A stretch of 64,000 bases of DNA, taken from assembly GCA_036918135.1 (NCBI GenBank), contig JBALDB010000053.1:160001-224000 (forward strand). The letters are read 5' to 3'. The stretch comes from Nostoc sp. GTDB taxonomy: Bacteria > Cyanobacteriota > Cyanobacteriia > Cyanobacteriales > Nostocaceae. A model generated the notes under the pieces. That model did not search any database. It saw only the letters and a list, made by a program, of their open reading frames with translations, and had not been told where the DNA came from. Of this stretch, positions 10,888 through 20,801 are shown piece after piece. The translations under genes and the position numbers were made by a program. Position 1 is the stretch's first letter. Every line of letters begins with the position of its first letter.

Positions 10888-11571
10888 ATGAAAGTTAATC
10901 TACATACTCCAATTGAAGAGATCCAAGTTCAAATCATTCCTTTAATTGATGTTGTTTTTTGTATTCTGACGTTTTTTTTGTTAGCGGCACTGCAATTTAC
11001 GCGCCAACAGGCAATAAATGTTGATTTACCGAAAGCCAGCACCAATACAGTATCTGGGATAACGTCACAAACTGGCAGTGTGATTGTAACTATCGATGCC
11101 GTAGGCAATACTTACATAGAAAAACTGCCTGTAAAACGCGAGGATTTGGCACAAAGGTTAAAACAGGAACTCCAAGCAAAGCCTGGTGCGATTCTAGTGC
11201 TGAATGCTTCACGCACAGCAACTTACAATGATGTGATTGAGACATTGGACTTGCTGCGCCAAGTAGGCGGCGATCGCGTTTCTTTGGGAATTATTCCCGG
11301 CCCATCTCAATCGCCGACAAACTCACTTAACCAGCCTTCTATACCTTCTTTTCCAATCAATCCTGGTGAAGCACCAGTTCCAGGCGTCAACCCCGAAGGC
11401 AGTCTTACCCCCAGATTTCCTTTAGCGCCTAATTCCGTACCCTTGCCCAGGGTAACTGCTCAACCTCCAACCGGGCAAGGCATCAGTCCTCTCAATCCTG
11501 GTATTTCCAACCCACCAGCATCCTCAGCACCTGTAGCACCTAAACAAAGCCAATCTACTCCTAAAAGGTAA
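10888..11571 (+). CDS. exbD: ExbD/TolR protein with Pro-rich C-terminal tail
   Basis: IIPLIDVVFCILTFF and VDLPKA; follows exbB. Confidence 0.9.
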   Translation: MKVNLHTPIEEIQVQIIPLIDVVFCILTFFLLAALQFTRQQAINVDLPKASTNTVSGITSQTGSVIVTIDAVGNTYIEKLPVKREDLAQRLKQELQAKPGAILVLNASRTATYNDVIETLDLLRQVGGDRVSLGIIPGPSQSPTNSLNQPSIPSFPINPGEAPVPGVNPEGSLTPRFPLAPNSVPLPRVTAQPPTGQGISPLNPGISNPPASSAPVAPKQSQSTPKR

Positions 11572-11810
11572 GATGAGGTGGCAGACGAGGAAGTAGGAGG
11601 AGATCGGGGAGATAAGGAGGAAAATACTTCTTTATTTCCCTTATCCTCGCTACTCCCCTTTGCAGTTTTTTCCCAAACCTAAAGATATCCAGAATAAAAT
11701 TCGGCTAGAGAAAAAATTCTGTTAATTTACAAATAATTGGTTGAGTTTGAAAGATTTTCCCATAGGTAGGCTATACCACCAATTGCCATTCACGTTTCAA
11801 GGGTTGTGGC

Positions 11811-12173
11811 ATGAATCTTGTAACGCTTTTAATTGTTTGGATAGTAACAGCTATCAGCTTATTAATAATTAGTAAATTGCCTTTGGGAGTTGAAATTGAC
11901 ACTCCAGGTAAAGCCTTCTTTTCGGCAGCAGTACTTGGGATTGTGACAGCAATAGTCCGACCATTTTTAAGACTCCTTTTCGCAGTCCCAAATTTACTCA
12001 CATTCGACTTATTATCCAGCATTTTCACATTTATCATTGCTGTAGCTTGTTTTAGTATTGCTGCTTGGTTAGTCGAAGGTTTTCGCTTGCGTTACGGTAT
12101 TTGGAGTGCTGTTCTTGGAGCATTTGCGCTGACTTTAATCAATAGCTTAATCTATAAAATCTTGGGTGTATAA
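11811..12173 (+). CDS. YvlD-like 4-TM membrane protein (phage-holin-4-like family)
   Basis: Hydrophobic; AAVLGIV..IVRP.L.LL..P.N.LT pattern. Confidence 0.8.
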   Translation: MNLVTLLIVWIVTAISLLIISKLPLGVEIDTPGKAFFSAAVLGIVTAIVRPFLRLLFAVPNLLTFDLLSSIFTFIIAVACFSIAAWLVEGFRLRYGIWSAVLGAFALTLINSLIYKILGV

Positions 12174-12240
12174 AACTAAATTCAGGAGTTATGAGTGAGG
12201 AATGAGGAGTTATTGATAATTCCTAACTCCTCACTCATGA

Positions 12241-12948
12241 TTATTCATTGGAAGTTGGAGGAGCAACTTGAGTAGTTGATTGTTGTTTGCGTTGTTCGCG
12301 TTTTTTGCGATCGGCTGAGAGCATATCTGCCATCACTACCAGTGCTTGCGCCATCTTGTCTAGGTTAGAACGATATAGTTCCAAATCTTTGCTAAATTTG
12401 TCCTCAGACAAATGCAAGCCTGCGGCGATCGCTTTGAGTGCTTGAGTGAGTTGCTTTTGGTCTTTGACTAATTCGGGATCTGATAATTCCAGTAATGAAA
12501 ATATCCCAATTGCAAACAAACGGTTGTATTTAAAGTTAGAATTATTGGCGATCGCTTGCAATTGTGCTTGCAAATCAGCATCTCGATCTAAATTAGTCGT
12601 TTGGCTCAGCCAGGCAATTAAATCTTTAACTGGCAAATTTTCAGCTACAGAGCGCAATCTTTGGGCATCCTGTTGATAGCGTTGCGGGTCTTGTTCTATA
12701 GCCTGACATAAGGCGTTAAAAATTGATTCTCGATCCCGTTCTGGTTGATAGCCTTCCATGAAGCGGTCAAAAGTAGTGACGACGCCCAAGGCATAAATTG
12801 GATTGTAGCTAAAATCAATATTTACTGATAGCAGATGCATCTCCACCATCAACTCTTCTACTACCCGACGATAAATAGTGTTGATCGGACGGGTATGCAA
12901 ATTGTAGAAAGTTCGCTTTGTATCAGAGACAGTACGGACGTTATTCAC
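12241..12948 (-). CDS. psb29: Photosystem II biogenesis protein Psb29/Thf1
   Basis: RTVSDTKRTF...RPINTIYRRVVEELMVEMHLL signature. Confidence 0.95.
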   Translation of the reverse strand: MNNVRTVSDTKRTFYNLHTRPINTIYRRVVEELMVEMHLLSVNIDFSYNPIYALGVVTTFDRFMEGYQPERDRESIFNALCQAIEQDPQRYQQDAQRLRSVAENLPVKDLIAWLSQTTNLDRDADLQAQLQAIANNSNFKYNRLFAIGIFSLLELSDPELVKDQKQLTQALKAIAAGLHLSEDKFSKDLELYRSNLDKMAQALVVMADMLSADRKKREQRKQQSTTQVAPPTSNE

Positions 12949-13153
12949 AAAGAAAATATTAAGGGCGATGTATTTTTATTTTCTCGCTTAAAGGCTACTT
13001 TGCCAAGTTTAGGTTTTGGCCGATGACAGTTTCATTTACAATATAAACAAATCAAAAGTAGTTTGAAAGTTGGTAGCCACAGGGGCTAAGAACTCTCTCC
13101 CCTAAAAAAACTAACCAAAAATTATCACCTTTAATAATTTATCGATCCCATTT

Positions 13154-13750
13154 ATGAGCTTCTCGCCACAGTTAACTGCTTTAGGTGAGTATCTAGCTGG
13201 TGAATTTGATAATCGGGAACAAGCCATCGGAGAACCAGTTTGGTATGTCCACCTGCGCCTGTGGCAAAGACCAGTTAACTTATTCCCAGAAGATAGCATT
13301 ACCCTGTTTGCCGAACAGGCTAATATTATTAACTTAGATCGACCTTACCGCCAGCGAATTATGCGGTTGCGCCAGGGAAGCGATTCTCATGCACCCCTGC
13401 AAGTGCAATATTATATGCCTAAAAATCCAGAAGCATTAAAAGGCGCAGGTGATAATTCTGCCCTACTGAATACACTCTCACCCAATCAATTAGATTTACT
13501 ACCAGGTTGTATCCTCACAGTCAATTATGAAACACTAGCTGGCGATCGCTATAAGTTTACCGCTACCCCACTACCAGAAACTTGTTGCAGCTTTACTTAT
13601 TTGGGCAATACTATCCAAGTTTCCTTAGGGTTTGAAGCCACAGCAGGAGAATTTAAAAGCTATGACAAAGGAATCGATCCTGCTACTGGACAAGCAATTT
13701 GGGGAGCAATTCTCGGCCCTTATCACTACACCAAGCGAAATCAGTATTGA
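13154..13750 (+). CDS. cpcT: CpcT/CpeT-type phycobilin lyase
   Basis: LAGEFDNREQA, PYRQR, YDKGIDP.TG..IWG motifs. Confidence 0.88.
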   Translation: MSFSPQLTALGEYLAGEFDNREQAIGEPVWYVHLRLWQRPVNLFPEDSITLFAEQANIINLDRPYRQRIMRLRQGSDSHAPLQVQYYMPKNPEALKGAGDNSALLNTLSPNQLDLLPGCILTVNYETLAGDRYKFTATPLPETCCSFTYLGNTIQVSLGFEATAGEFKSYDKGIDPATGQAIWGAILGPYHYTKRNQY

Positions 13751-13791
13751 GTAAGAGCGAGTTATGAGTTATGAGTTAATTCCTCACTCCT

Positions 13792-13819
13792 GTATAGACG
13801 CGATTAATCGCGTCTCTAC
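13792..13819. repeat. REP-like palindrome GTATAGACGCGATTAATCGCGTCTCTAC between convergent genes
   Basis: Near-perfect inverted repeat embedded in STRR-like sequence. Confidence 0.7.
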
Positions 13820-13833
13820 TCCTAACTCTTCTC

Positions 13834-14202
13834 TTAACTAGCAATACTACGAGGTACACCTTCTAAAGCTTCCTCTTCAGTTTCAAAGATTTCAAACACA
13901 GTATCCATCATCGTCACTTCAAACACGAGTTTGGCTTCTGGATGTACATTGCAGATGCGGAAACTACCTTTAACTTTATCTGCATCACGCATTCCGGCTA
14001 CCAAAGACGTGAGACCAGAACTATCAATAAAATTAACCTGTCCCAGATTTACAACCACATGACGACTGAGTTTGGAAATACACTCCTGTAACTTTAGGCG
14101 AAATTGCCAAGCAGTCGTAATGTCTAGGCGACCGACTGGTGTCAAGACAATAACGGTATTTCCATCTTGGGTTGTATAAGTTTTTTGGTCTATTTGAATC
14201 AC
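13834..14202 (-). CDS. STAS-domain anti-sigma factor antagonist
   Basis: GRLDITTA and VNFIDSSGL (phosphorylatable Ser motif). Confidence 0.92.
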   Translation of the reverse strand: MIQIDQKTYTTQDGNTVIVLTPVGRLDITTAWQFRLKLQECISKLSRHVVVNLGQVNFIDSSGLTSLVAGMRDADKVKGSFRICNVHPEAKLVFEVTMMDTVFEIFETEEEALEGVPRSIAS

Positions 14203-14369
14203 TAAAGCCCTCCCCGTGGCATTTATCTTAAATTAACTAGCTACAAAACTGTTATAATGCTGCGACTTGAAATTAACAAGCTACAGCTAAAATAGTCACT
14301 TTTACATCCTAAGTGCTTACATTTAGTAGTTTAACTCACCAAAACAGTGCTGAGTAGCAATTTTTAATT

Positions 14370-14485
14370 GGGAATGGGAAGTAGGGACTGGGGACTGGGG
14401 AGATGGGGAGGTGTGGGAGGATGGGCAAGATAGGGAATAAATCTTTCCCCCTTCTCTCCCCACACTTCCCACACCTCCCACACCT
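14370..14485. repeat. G-rich/C-rich STRR inverted array
   Basis: GGGACTG and GGGAGGTGT units followed by complementary CCCACAC(C/T)T units; same family as 31855-31990 in the opposite orientation. Confidence 0.75.
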
Positions 14486-14551
14486 TGTGAAAAATCCGGG
14501 CTATGCCCCCATTCACCAGTTTCCATTACCCTATGCCTAATTTTTAAGTCA

Positions 14552-15595
14552 CTATTGAGGTGGTGTCCAATTGACCCAATCTTGAGGTTTTAAGAAGGTT
14601 TCATATAACTCCGCTTCCGGGGAATTGGGTTCTGGCTGATAGCCATATTCCCAGCGCACTAAGGGTGGTAGTGACATAAGAATTGATTCGGTGCGTCCGT
14701 TGGTTTGCAGACCAAAAATAGTGCCTCGGTCGTAAACCAAGTTAAATTCTACATATCGTCCCCGGCGATAGAGTTGAAAATTTCGTTGGCGATCGCCATA
14801 CTCAATCCCATGTCGCCGTTCTACAATTGGTACGTAAGCTGGTAAAAATGCTCGACCACACTCTTGCACAAAGGCAAATAAATCTTCCCAATTACGCGGT
14901 GCTAGTTCTCCCACCTTGTTGCTATAATTAGCTGCTTCTCCATTGGGATCTGGGCCACGATATAAACTACCTTGACCATCTTGGTAATCAAAAAACAAAC
15001 CGCCGACGCCTCTTGTTTCACCGCGATGTTTCAGGTAAAAATATTCGTCACACCACCGCTTGAACGTTGGGTAATACTCTGGGTGGTGTTTGTCGCAAGC
15101 TTGTTTTAAAGTTTTGTGTAAATGTGTTGCATCTTCAGCAAACGGGTAATAGGGTGTCAAGTCCAGACCACCACCAAACCACCACACTGGCCCAGCTTCA
15201 AAGTAGCGATAGTTGAGATGGACTGTAGGCACGTAGGGATTGCGTGGGTGTAACACCATTGAAGTACCCGTGGCATAAAAGCCGTGCCCTGCCCCTTCAG
15301 GGCGTTGAGCTAAAATTGATGCCGGTAAATGGGAACCCCAAACTTCAGAAAAATTTACACCACCTTGTTCAAATATTGCACCATCGCGCAGCACGCGCGA
15401 TCGTCCTCCACCTCCTTCTGGGCGTTCCCAACTATCTTCGTGAAACTTACCCTCACCATCTATTTTTGTTAAAGCTTGCGTAATCTCGTCTTGCAGCTGT
15501 TTCATAAACTGACTAACCCTAGTCTGAGCGTCAGTTGCTGGCAAAGACTTGGATGAATCTATTGGTAGAGTTGGTGTTTGCGAGTCAATCAACAT
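14552..15595 (-). CDS. hemF: Oxygen-dependent coproporphyrinogen III oxidase
   Basis: [25 protein letters not shown] and [10 protein letters not shown] motifs. Start placed at ATG 15595; the ORF track extends to 15673. Confidence 0.96.
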   Translation of the reverse strand: MLIDSQTPTLPIDSSKSLPATDAQTRVSQFMKQLQDEITQALTKIDGEGKFHEDSWERPEGGGGRSRVLRDGAIFEQGGVNFSEVWGSHLPASILAQRPEGAGHGFYATGTSMVLHPRNPYVPTVHLNYRYFEAGPVWWFGGGLDLTPYYPFAEDATHLHKTLKQACDKHHPEYYPTFKRWCDEYFYLKHRGETRGVGGLFFDYQDGQGSLYRGPDPNGEAANYSNKVGELAPRNWEDLFAFVQECGRAFLPAYVPIVERRHGIEYGDRQRNFQLYRRGRYVEFNLVYDRGTIFGLQTNGRTESILMSLPPLVRWEYGYQPEPNSPEAELYETFLKPQDWVNWTPPQ

Positions 15596-16044
15596 AGATT
15601 TTGAACCTAAATTACAATTTCCAGAAAGCCACAAATTTCTCATCTTAAAATTTGGGGAAACACGCGCCAGCAATCAAGCTTGACTTGCCCAACCTGCTTT
15701 TTTCTGAGTGGTTAAGCATTTTTAGGATTGATGGGCATCACTAGAGTTATTTTCCCTCAAATGCGTATAGGCTTGTATATTGACTGAGTTTCTTTGAAAT
15801 TATTAATGAAATTTTTAATTGGAATATTCTGGTATAAACACTAGAATTTAGTCTTAACCTGAGGTATCAGGGGTTTGACTCGTCTGCGGAAAACTTCTGC
15901 GCCATATTTGTAATTTGGCGGTTAGCATCTGCACCGAATATACCCTTGCTATGCTCAAAGCAATTTTGAGAAAGTTTTCATCTAGGGCTAAACGTGGTTG
16001 CCCAAAGTACCAGAAAGTGTCTAGCGAGGACGAGGATTAGGAAA

Positions 16045-16569
16045 ATGCAAGGTTGGTTATCCAAATTCATCCACCGCAAACGTCGTCGGTTTTGCGCTTC
16101 TCTGGTGCGGACGTATCGAGAGATTACTTGTGCTTCTGTAGATGAATTGTGGCAAAAAGTGGTTGACTTAACAGATGTTTCCTGGCATCCACTACTTAAA
16201 AGTACCAATGTGCCCTATGGATTAGTACCCAAACCAGGATTAATCTTTCAAGCTGTAACACGCTTTTCGCCAATTCCAATCCGGATTTTCGTGGAACGCG
16301 TCAATCCTAGAGAGTTGCTAAGTATCCGAGTCATGGCAATTCCTGGGATAGAAGAACGGGTAACTTACCAAGTAGAATCTACGGTTTGTGGTACTTGTTT
16401 ATCTTATTCTGTAACACTACGCGGTTGGTTGTCACCCCTAATCTGGTCTTTATCTCGTCCTTATGTAGACCGCGTTGCCCGCTCTTTAATTGAAGCAGTA
16501 GAAAAGACGACATTACCAGCAGTATCAACTAAGAAAAAATCCCTTAATGATAGTTGTTTTGATTTTTAG
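16045..16569 (+). CDS. SRPBCC/polyketide-cyclase-like protein
   Basis: ASVDELWQKVVDLTDVSWHP start of a START-like fold; start placed at ATG 16045. Confidence 0.7.
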   Translation: MQGWLSKFIHRKRRRFCASLVRTYREITCASVDELWQKVVDLTDVSWHPLLKSTNVPYGLVPKPGLIFQAVTRFSPIPIRIFVERVNPRELLSIRVMAIPGIEERVTYQVESTVCGTCLSYSVTLRGWLSPLIWSLSRPYVDRVARSLIEAVEKTTLPAVSTKKKSLNDSCFDF

Positions 16570-16920
16570 GGACTGGGGACTAGGTACTAGGGGCTGGGAA
16601 GATAGTAAAGATAGGAAAAAATAACTCTTAACTCCTCACTCACCAATTAGCACCAAGCAATCACCACTGCCAATCCCCAATACCTAGTTCCCTATACCTA
16701 GTACCTAAAGAAAGTTAAGATTCTATTAGGTGGTAATCCAATTTCCTAAGTTTTATTACGACAGTAATAGTGAAAATACTAATCTGCTCTTGCTTTTATT
16801 TGCATCCAGTTAATAGCTAAGATGCTGACTAAGATTGTATTTCTTCATTTTCAACAGAACTTACCAGCTTCTGCCTTCCTTAAATCAAAACTTCGGTAAA
16901 TTTGGAATTTTGAATTTTTT

Positions 16921-17991
16921 ATGTACGATGTCCTTGATTCTCGCTCTGTCTTAGAAGTGTTGCGACCAGTGCAAGACCCAGAACTTCGCAAAAGTCTGGT
17001 AGAACTGAACATGATTCGCAACGTCAAAATTGATGCTGGCAAGGTTAGTTTCACTTTAGTGTTAACTACTCCTGCCTGTCCTTTACGTGAATTTATTGTT
17101 GAAGATTGTCAAAAAGCTGTTAAAAAACTACCAGGCGTTACAGATGTAAATGTAGAAGTCACAGCAGAAACACCGCAACAAAAAAGTTTGCCCGACCGCA
17201 CTGGCATTTCTGGAGTAAAAAATATCATTGCTGTTTCTAGCGGCAAAGGTGGTGTTGGAAAAAGTACTGTGGCGGTGAATGTCGCAGTGGCTTTAGCTCA
17301 AACAGGAGCAAAAGTCGGCTTATTAGATGCTGATATTTATGGGCCTAATGACCCGACCATGCTGGGGCTGGCAGATGCCGAAATTGCTGTACGCTCAACC
17401 GAAAAAGGTGAAATTCTAGAACCTGCTTTTAATCACGGCGTCAAATTGGTTTCAATGGGCTTTTTGATTGACCGAGATCAACCAGTGATTTGGCGAGGGC
17501 CGATGCTAAATGGTGTAATTCGCCAGTTTCTCTATCAAGTGCAATGGGGAGAACTCGACTATTTGATTGTAGATATGCCACCAGGAACTGGAGATGCTCA
17601 GTTAACCTTAACTCAAGCAGTACCGATGGCAGGGGCAGTAATTGTTACTACACCGCAAAATGTAGCGCTGTTAGATTCTCGTAAGGGATTACGGATGTTC
17701 CAGCAGATGAACGTCCCAGTATTGGGAATCGTGGAAAATATGAGTTATTTTATCCCACCAGATATGCCAGATAAGCAGTACGACATTTTTGGTTCCGGGG
17801 GTGGCTCCAAAACAGCTGCTGAATTAGATGTCCCACTTTTGGGCTGTGTGCCATTAGAAATTTCTACGCGAGTTGGCGGTGATAGCGGTGTGCCAATAGT
17901 GGTTGCTGACCCAGATTCAGCTTCAGCAAAAGCATTAACAGCGATTGCTCTTACCATTGCTGGTAAAGTCTCAGTTGCCGCTTTAACATAA
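16921..17991 (+). CDS. mrp: Mrp/ApbC Fe-S cluster carrier ATPase
   Basis: DUF59-like N-terminus (VQDPEL, TTPACP), SGKGGVGKST, DMPPGTGD, GIVENMS. Confidence 0.95.
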   Translation: MYDVLDSRSVLEVLRPVQDPELRKSLVELNMIRNVKIDAGKVSFTLVLTTPACPLREFIVEDCQKAVKKLPGVTDVNVEVTAETPQQKSLPDRTGISGVKNIIAVSSGKGGVGKSTVAVNVAVALAQTGAKVGLLDADIYGPNDPTMLGLADAEIAVRSTEKGEILEPAFNHGVKLVSMGFLIDRDQPVIWRGPMLNGVIRQFLYQVQWGELDYLIVDMPPGTGDAQLTLTQAVPMAGAVIVTTPQNVALLDSRKGLRMFQQMNVPVLGIVENMSYFIPPDMPDKQYDIFGSGGGSKTAAELDVPLLGCVPLEISTRVGGDSGVPIVVADPDSASAKALTAIALTIAGKVSVAALT

Positions 17992-18147
17992 TAAATTTTA
18001 ATTGCTATCTGCTTGTTGGGCTATACCTGGGAATACTAGGGACTGGCGATTGGGGACTAGGAACTGGGGAAGAATTTTTCCAATACCCAGTACCCAGTAC
18101 CCAATGCCCAATGCCCAACAATCAAATCTAAAGTCTAAAGTCACACA

Positions 18148-19506
18148 ATGTTATTAAAACGCTCGCTTCCCAAATTTCGCTGGAAGTCTTGGGTTAAACC
18201 TTGGCAATATGTAGATTGGTTACTATTTTGTCTACCGATTGCTATCAGTATTTTTGGCGGTCTGATGATTCTGAGTACGGAACTAAAACAGCCAGTAACC
18301 GACTGGTGGTGGCATTGGTTGGTAGCGGCTATTGGTGTGCTGATAGCGCTGTTTTTAGCTCGTACCCGTTACGAAATCTTGATGCAGTGCCACTGGGTAA
18401 CCTATGGACTGACAAATTTCAGCTTAATCGCCGTGATGATTGCTGGTACTAGTGCCAAAGGGGCACAGCGGTGGATTAGTGTTGCTGGCTTTAACGTACA
18501 ACCCTCAGAGTTTGCCAAAGTCGGTATAATTATCACCTTAGCAGCTTTGCTACATAAGCGTACTGCTTCAAAACTCGAAAGTGTTTTCCACGTGCTAGCA
18601 ATCACTGCTATACCTTGGGGATTAGTATTTTTACAGCCAGATTTAGCAACATCATTAGTATTTGGGGCGATCGTCTTGGGAATGCTCTACTGGGCAAATG
18701 CTAACCCAGGCTGGTTAATTCTGATGATTTCTCCTGTGGTTGCTGCCATTTTGCTTAGTATATCTTGGCCTTTAGCAGAGCCGATAGTTTTATTTAAAGA
18801 GCTATCTTTTGGGCCGTTGGGTGTAGTTTGGTCAGTCGCTAAAGAGCTATCTTTTGGGCCGTTGGGTGTAGTTTGGTCAGTCGCTATGGCTATTGTGGGC
18901 TGGCTAACTCTGCCTTGGCGTCGATTTTATTTGGGTGCTATTGGTGCGTGGAGTCTGAATATACTGGGTGGTGAATTAGGAGTTTTTGCGTGGAATCATA
19001 TTTTGAAACCATATCAAAAAGACCGACTAACTGTATTCATCGACCCCGACCACGATCCCTTAGGTGCTGGGTATCACTTGATTCAATCTCGCATTGCAAT
19101 TGGTGCTGGTGAAATTTGGGGATGGGGTCTGTTTAAAGGCCCAATGACACAACTGAATTTCGTCCCAGAACAGCATACAGACTTTATTTTCTCCGCAGTC
19201 GGCGAAGAATTCGGTTTTGCTGGTTGTTTATTAGTACTATTTGTCTTTTGCTTAATTTGCTTTCGTCTACTGCATATTGCTCAAACCGCCACAGACAATT
19301 TTGGTTCGTTATTGGCTATTGGCGTTTTGTCCATGATTGTGTTTCAGTTAATTGTCAACGTTGGCATGACAGTCGGCTTAGCGCCTGTAGCAGGAATTCC
19401 CTTACCTTGGATGAGTTATGGGCGTTCTGCTATGCTGACTAACTTCATTTCCTTGGGAATAGTAGAATCGGTAGCAAATTTTCGCCAAAGACAGAAGTAT
19501 TATTAA
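18148..19506 (+). CDS. rodA: Rod shape-determining protein RodA (SEDS family)
   Basis: GAQRWI, QPSEFAK, LQPDLAT, PEQHTDFIFS and GIPLPWMSYG motifs. Confidence 0.95.
   Translation: MLLKRSLPKFRWKSWVKPWQYVDWLLFCLPIAISIFGGLMILSTELKQPVTDWWWHWLVAAIGVLIALFLARTRYEILMQCHWVTYGLTNFSLIAVMIAGTSAKGAQRWISVAGFNVQPSEFAKVGIIITLAALLHKRTASKLESVFHVLAITAIPWGLVFLQPDLATSLVFGAIVLGMLYWANANPGWLILMISPVVAAILLSISWPLAEPIVLFKELSFGPLGVVWSVAKELSFGPLGVVWSVAMAIVGWLTLPWRRFYLGAIGAWSLNILGGELGVFAWNHILKPYQKDRLTVFIDPDHDPLGAGYHLIQSRIAIGAGEIWGWGLFKGPMTQLNFVPEQHTDFIFSAVGEEFGFAGCLLVLFVFCLICFRLLHIAQTATDNFGSLLAIGVLSMIVFQLIVNVGMTVGLAPVAGIPLPWMSYGRSAMLTNFISLGIVESVANFRQRQKYY
18796..18885 (+). repeat. Perfect in-frame 45-bp tandem duplication inside rodA
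   Basis: AAAGAGCTATCTTTTGGGCCGTTGGGTGTAGTTTGGTCAGTCGCT occurs twice, giving KELSFGPLGVVWSVA x2. Confidence 0.97.
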
Positions 19507-19596
19507 TTCGTCATTAGTCATTAGTCATTAGTCAGTTGTCATTTGTCCTTTGTCCTTTGTTAGTTAAGGAAAACCAATGACCAATGACCAATGACT
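19506..19596. repeat. STRR heptamer arrays (TCATTAG, TGTCCTT, CAATGAC)
   Basis: Tandem heptamers visible; similar arrays near 16570-16700, 18035-18120, 45120-45280 and 58800-58945. Confidence 0.85.
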
Positions 19597-19643
19597 ATTA
19601 ACAAGTATTAAGCTATTAACAGGAAACAAGCGAGGCTAAAAAG

Positions 19644-19841
19644 ATGATTCTGCCTGGAGCAACTGTTCGTGTAAAAAATCCCGCAGATACCTATTATCGC
19701 TCTGAAGGACTCGTGCAACGAGTAAGTGATGGCAAGGTAGCCGTACTGTTTGAAGGTGGTAACTGGGATAAATTAATTACCTTCCGCCTGAAGGAATTGG
19801 AACTTGTAGAGACCACAGCCGGACGTAAAAAAGGAAAATAG
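19644..19841 (+). CDS. ndhS: NDH-1 subunit S
   Basis: [10 protein letters not shown]...[26 protein letters not shown] signature. Confidence 0.95.
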   Translation: MILPGATVRVKNPADTYYRSEGLVQRVSDGKVAVLFEGGNWDKLITFRLKELELVETTAGRKKGK

Positions 19842-20000
19842 ATTAGTAATTTGTCCTTAGTCATTTGTCCTTGGTCATTTGGCAAGGACAAAGCGCAAAG
19901 TCATGACTGCCTGCTTGCGGTGTAGACGCCCAAAGGGAGACTTACCAGAGGCATCGGAACTTTGCAAAAGAGGACTAATGACTAATGACTCTTGACAATT

Positions 20001-20657
20001 ATGCGCCTTCCTTTACCACAGTTTGACACAAGCGATCGCCATCCCAACCACTTTGCCGAGGTAATTGAAACTACTAGTACTGAATTTTTGGCACAATGTT
20101 TGGAACCTGAAGATTTAAGCTTTCCCTCTATGCCACCTTTTGGTAGTTGGGTTTGTGGTGTAGATGAAGAATCTGGCAATATGGTTTACGCTGTAGTGTA
20201 TTATGCCACAACCATGCCCATAGATTCCGTACACCGGGCTAGAGCTTTGGGGTTGTCCTTGCAAGACTTACGGGAGGAACAACCCCAGATATTTGCCATG
20301 CTCAGAACGGAATTCCGAGCTGCGATCGTTGGATTTGAACTATCTCCACAAAATCCAAGTTATAACCGAAGAGTATATCAGTATCTACCACCCCGTCCTC
20401 CGCAAATTCATCAAGCTGTTTATCGGTGCGAACCAGAAGCGATCGTCAAATTTACTGAAGAACTAGATTTTTTGCGGACACTCCTTTGTATTAATGGTGC
20501 GCCAGTAGAGTCTTTGACCGCAGCTGCCATTCGAGATGTATATCAGTTACGTAAAGCTGACCGAGAATGGCTAATTAAAGCTGGGCGAAGCCTAAGCGTG
20601 CTACTTAAAGACGACTACGATCGCTTGCGATTCATTTTGAGTCAAATCCACCCGTAG
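20001..20657 (+). CDS. HAS-barrel domain protein
   Basis: AEVIETTSTEFLAQC, PPFGSWV, YQYLPPRPPQIH; conserved cyanobacterial family recognised from memory. Confidence 0.75.
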   Translation: MRLPLPQFDTSDRHPNHFAEVIETTSTEFLAQCLEPEDLSFPSMPPFGSWVCGVDEESGNMVYAVVYYATTMPIDSVHRARALGLSLQDLREEQPQIFAMLRTEFRAAIVGFELSPQNPSYNRRVYQYLPPRPPQIHQAVYRCEPEAIVKFTEELDFLRTLLCINGAPVESLTAAAIRDVYQLRKADREWLIKAGRSLSVLLKDDYDRLRFILSQIHP

Positions 20658-20801
20658 GTAGTTAGTTCAAAGACAATTGTCTAGTTTAGTAGTAAGTTAA
20701 GATTTTTGATTTTTCGTCAGGTGGCTTCTATATTGATTTTTATCAATTAAGCGATCCTCAAGGCGATCGCCATTTTCCCATAGCCTCTTCAATTCCTACC
20801 T

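Noticed and set aside
11811..12173. Holin-family gene as a sign of a prophage
   Set aside because: YvlD-like proteins are ordinary chromosomal genes and no other phage genes are present.
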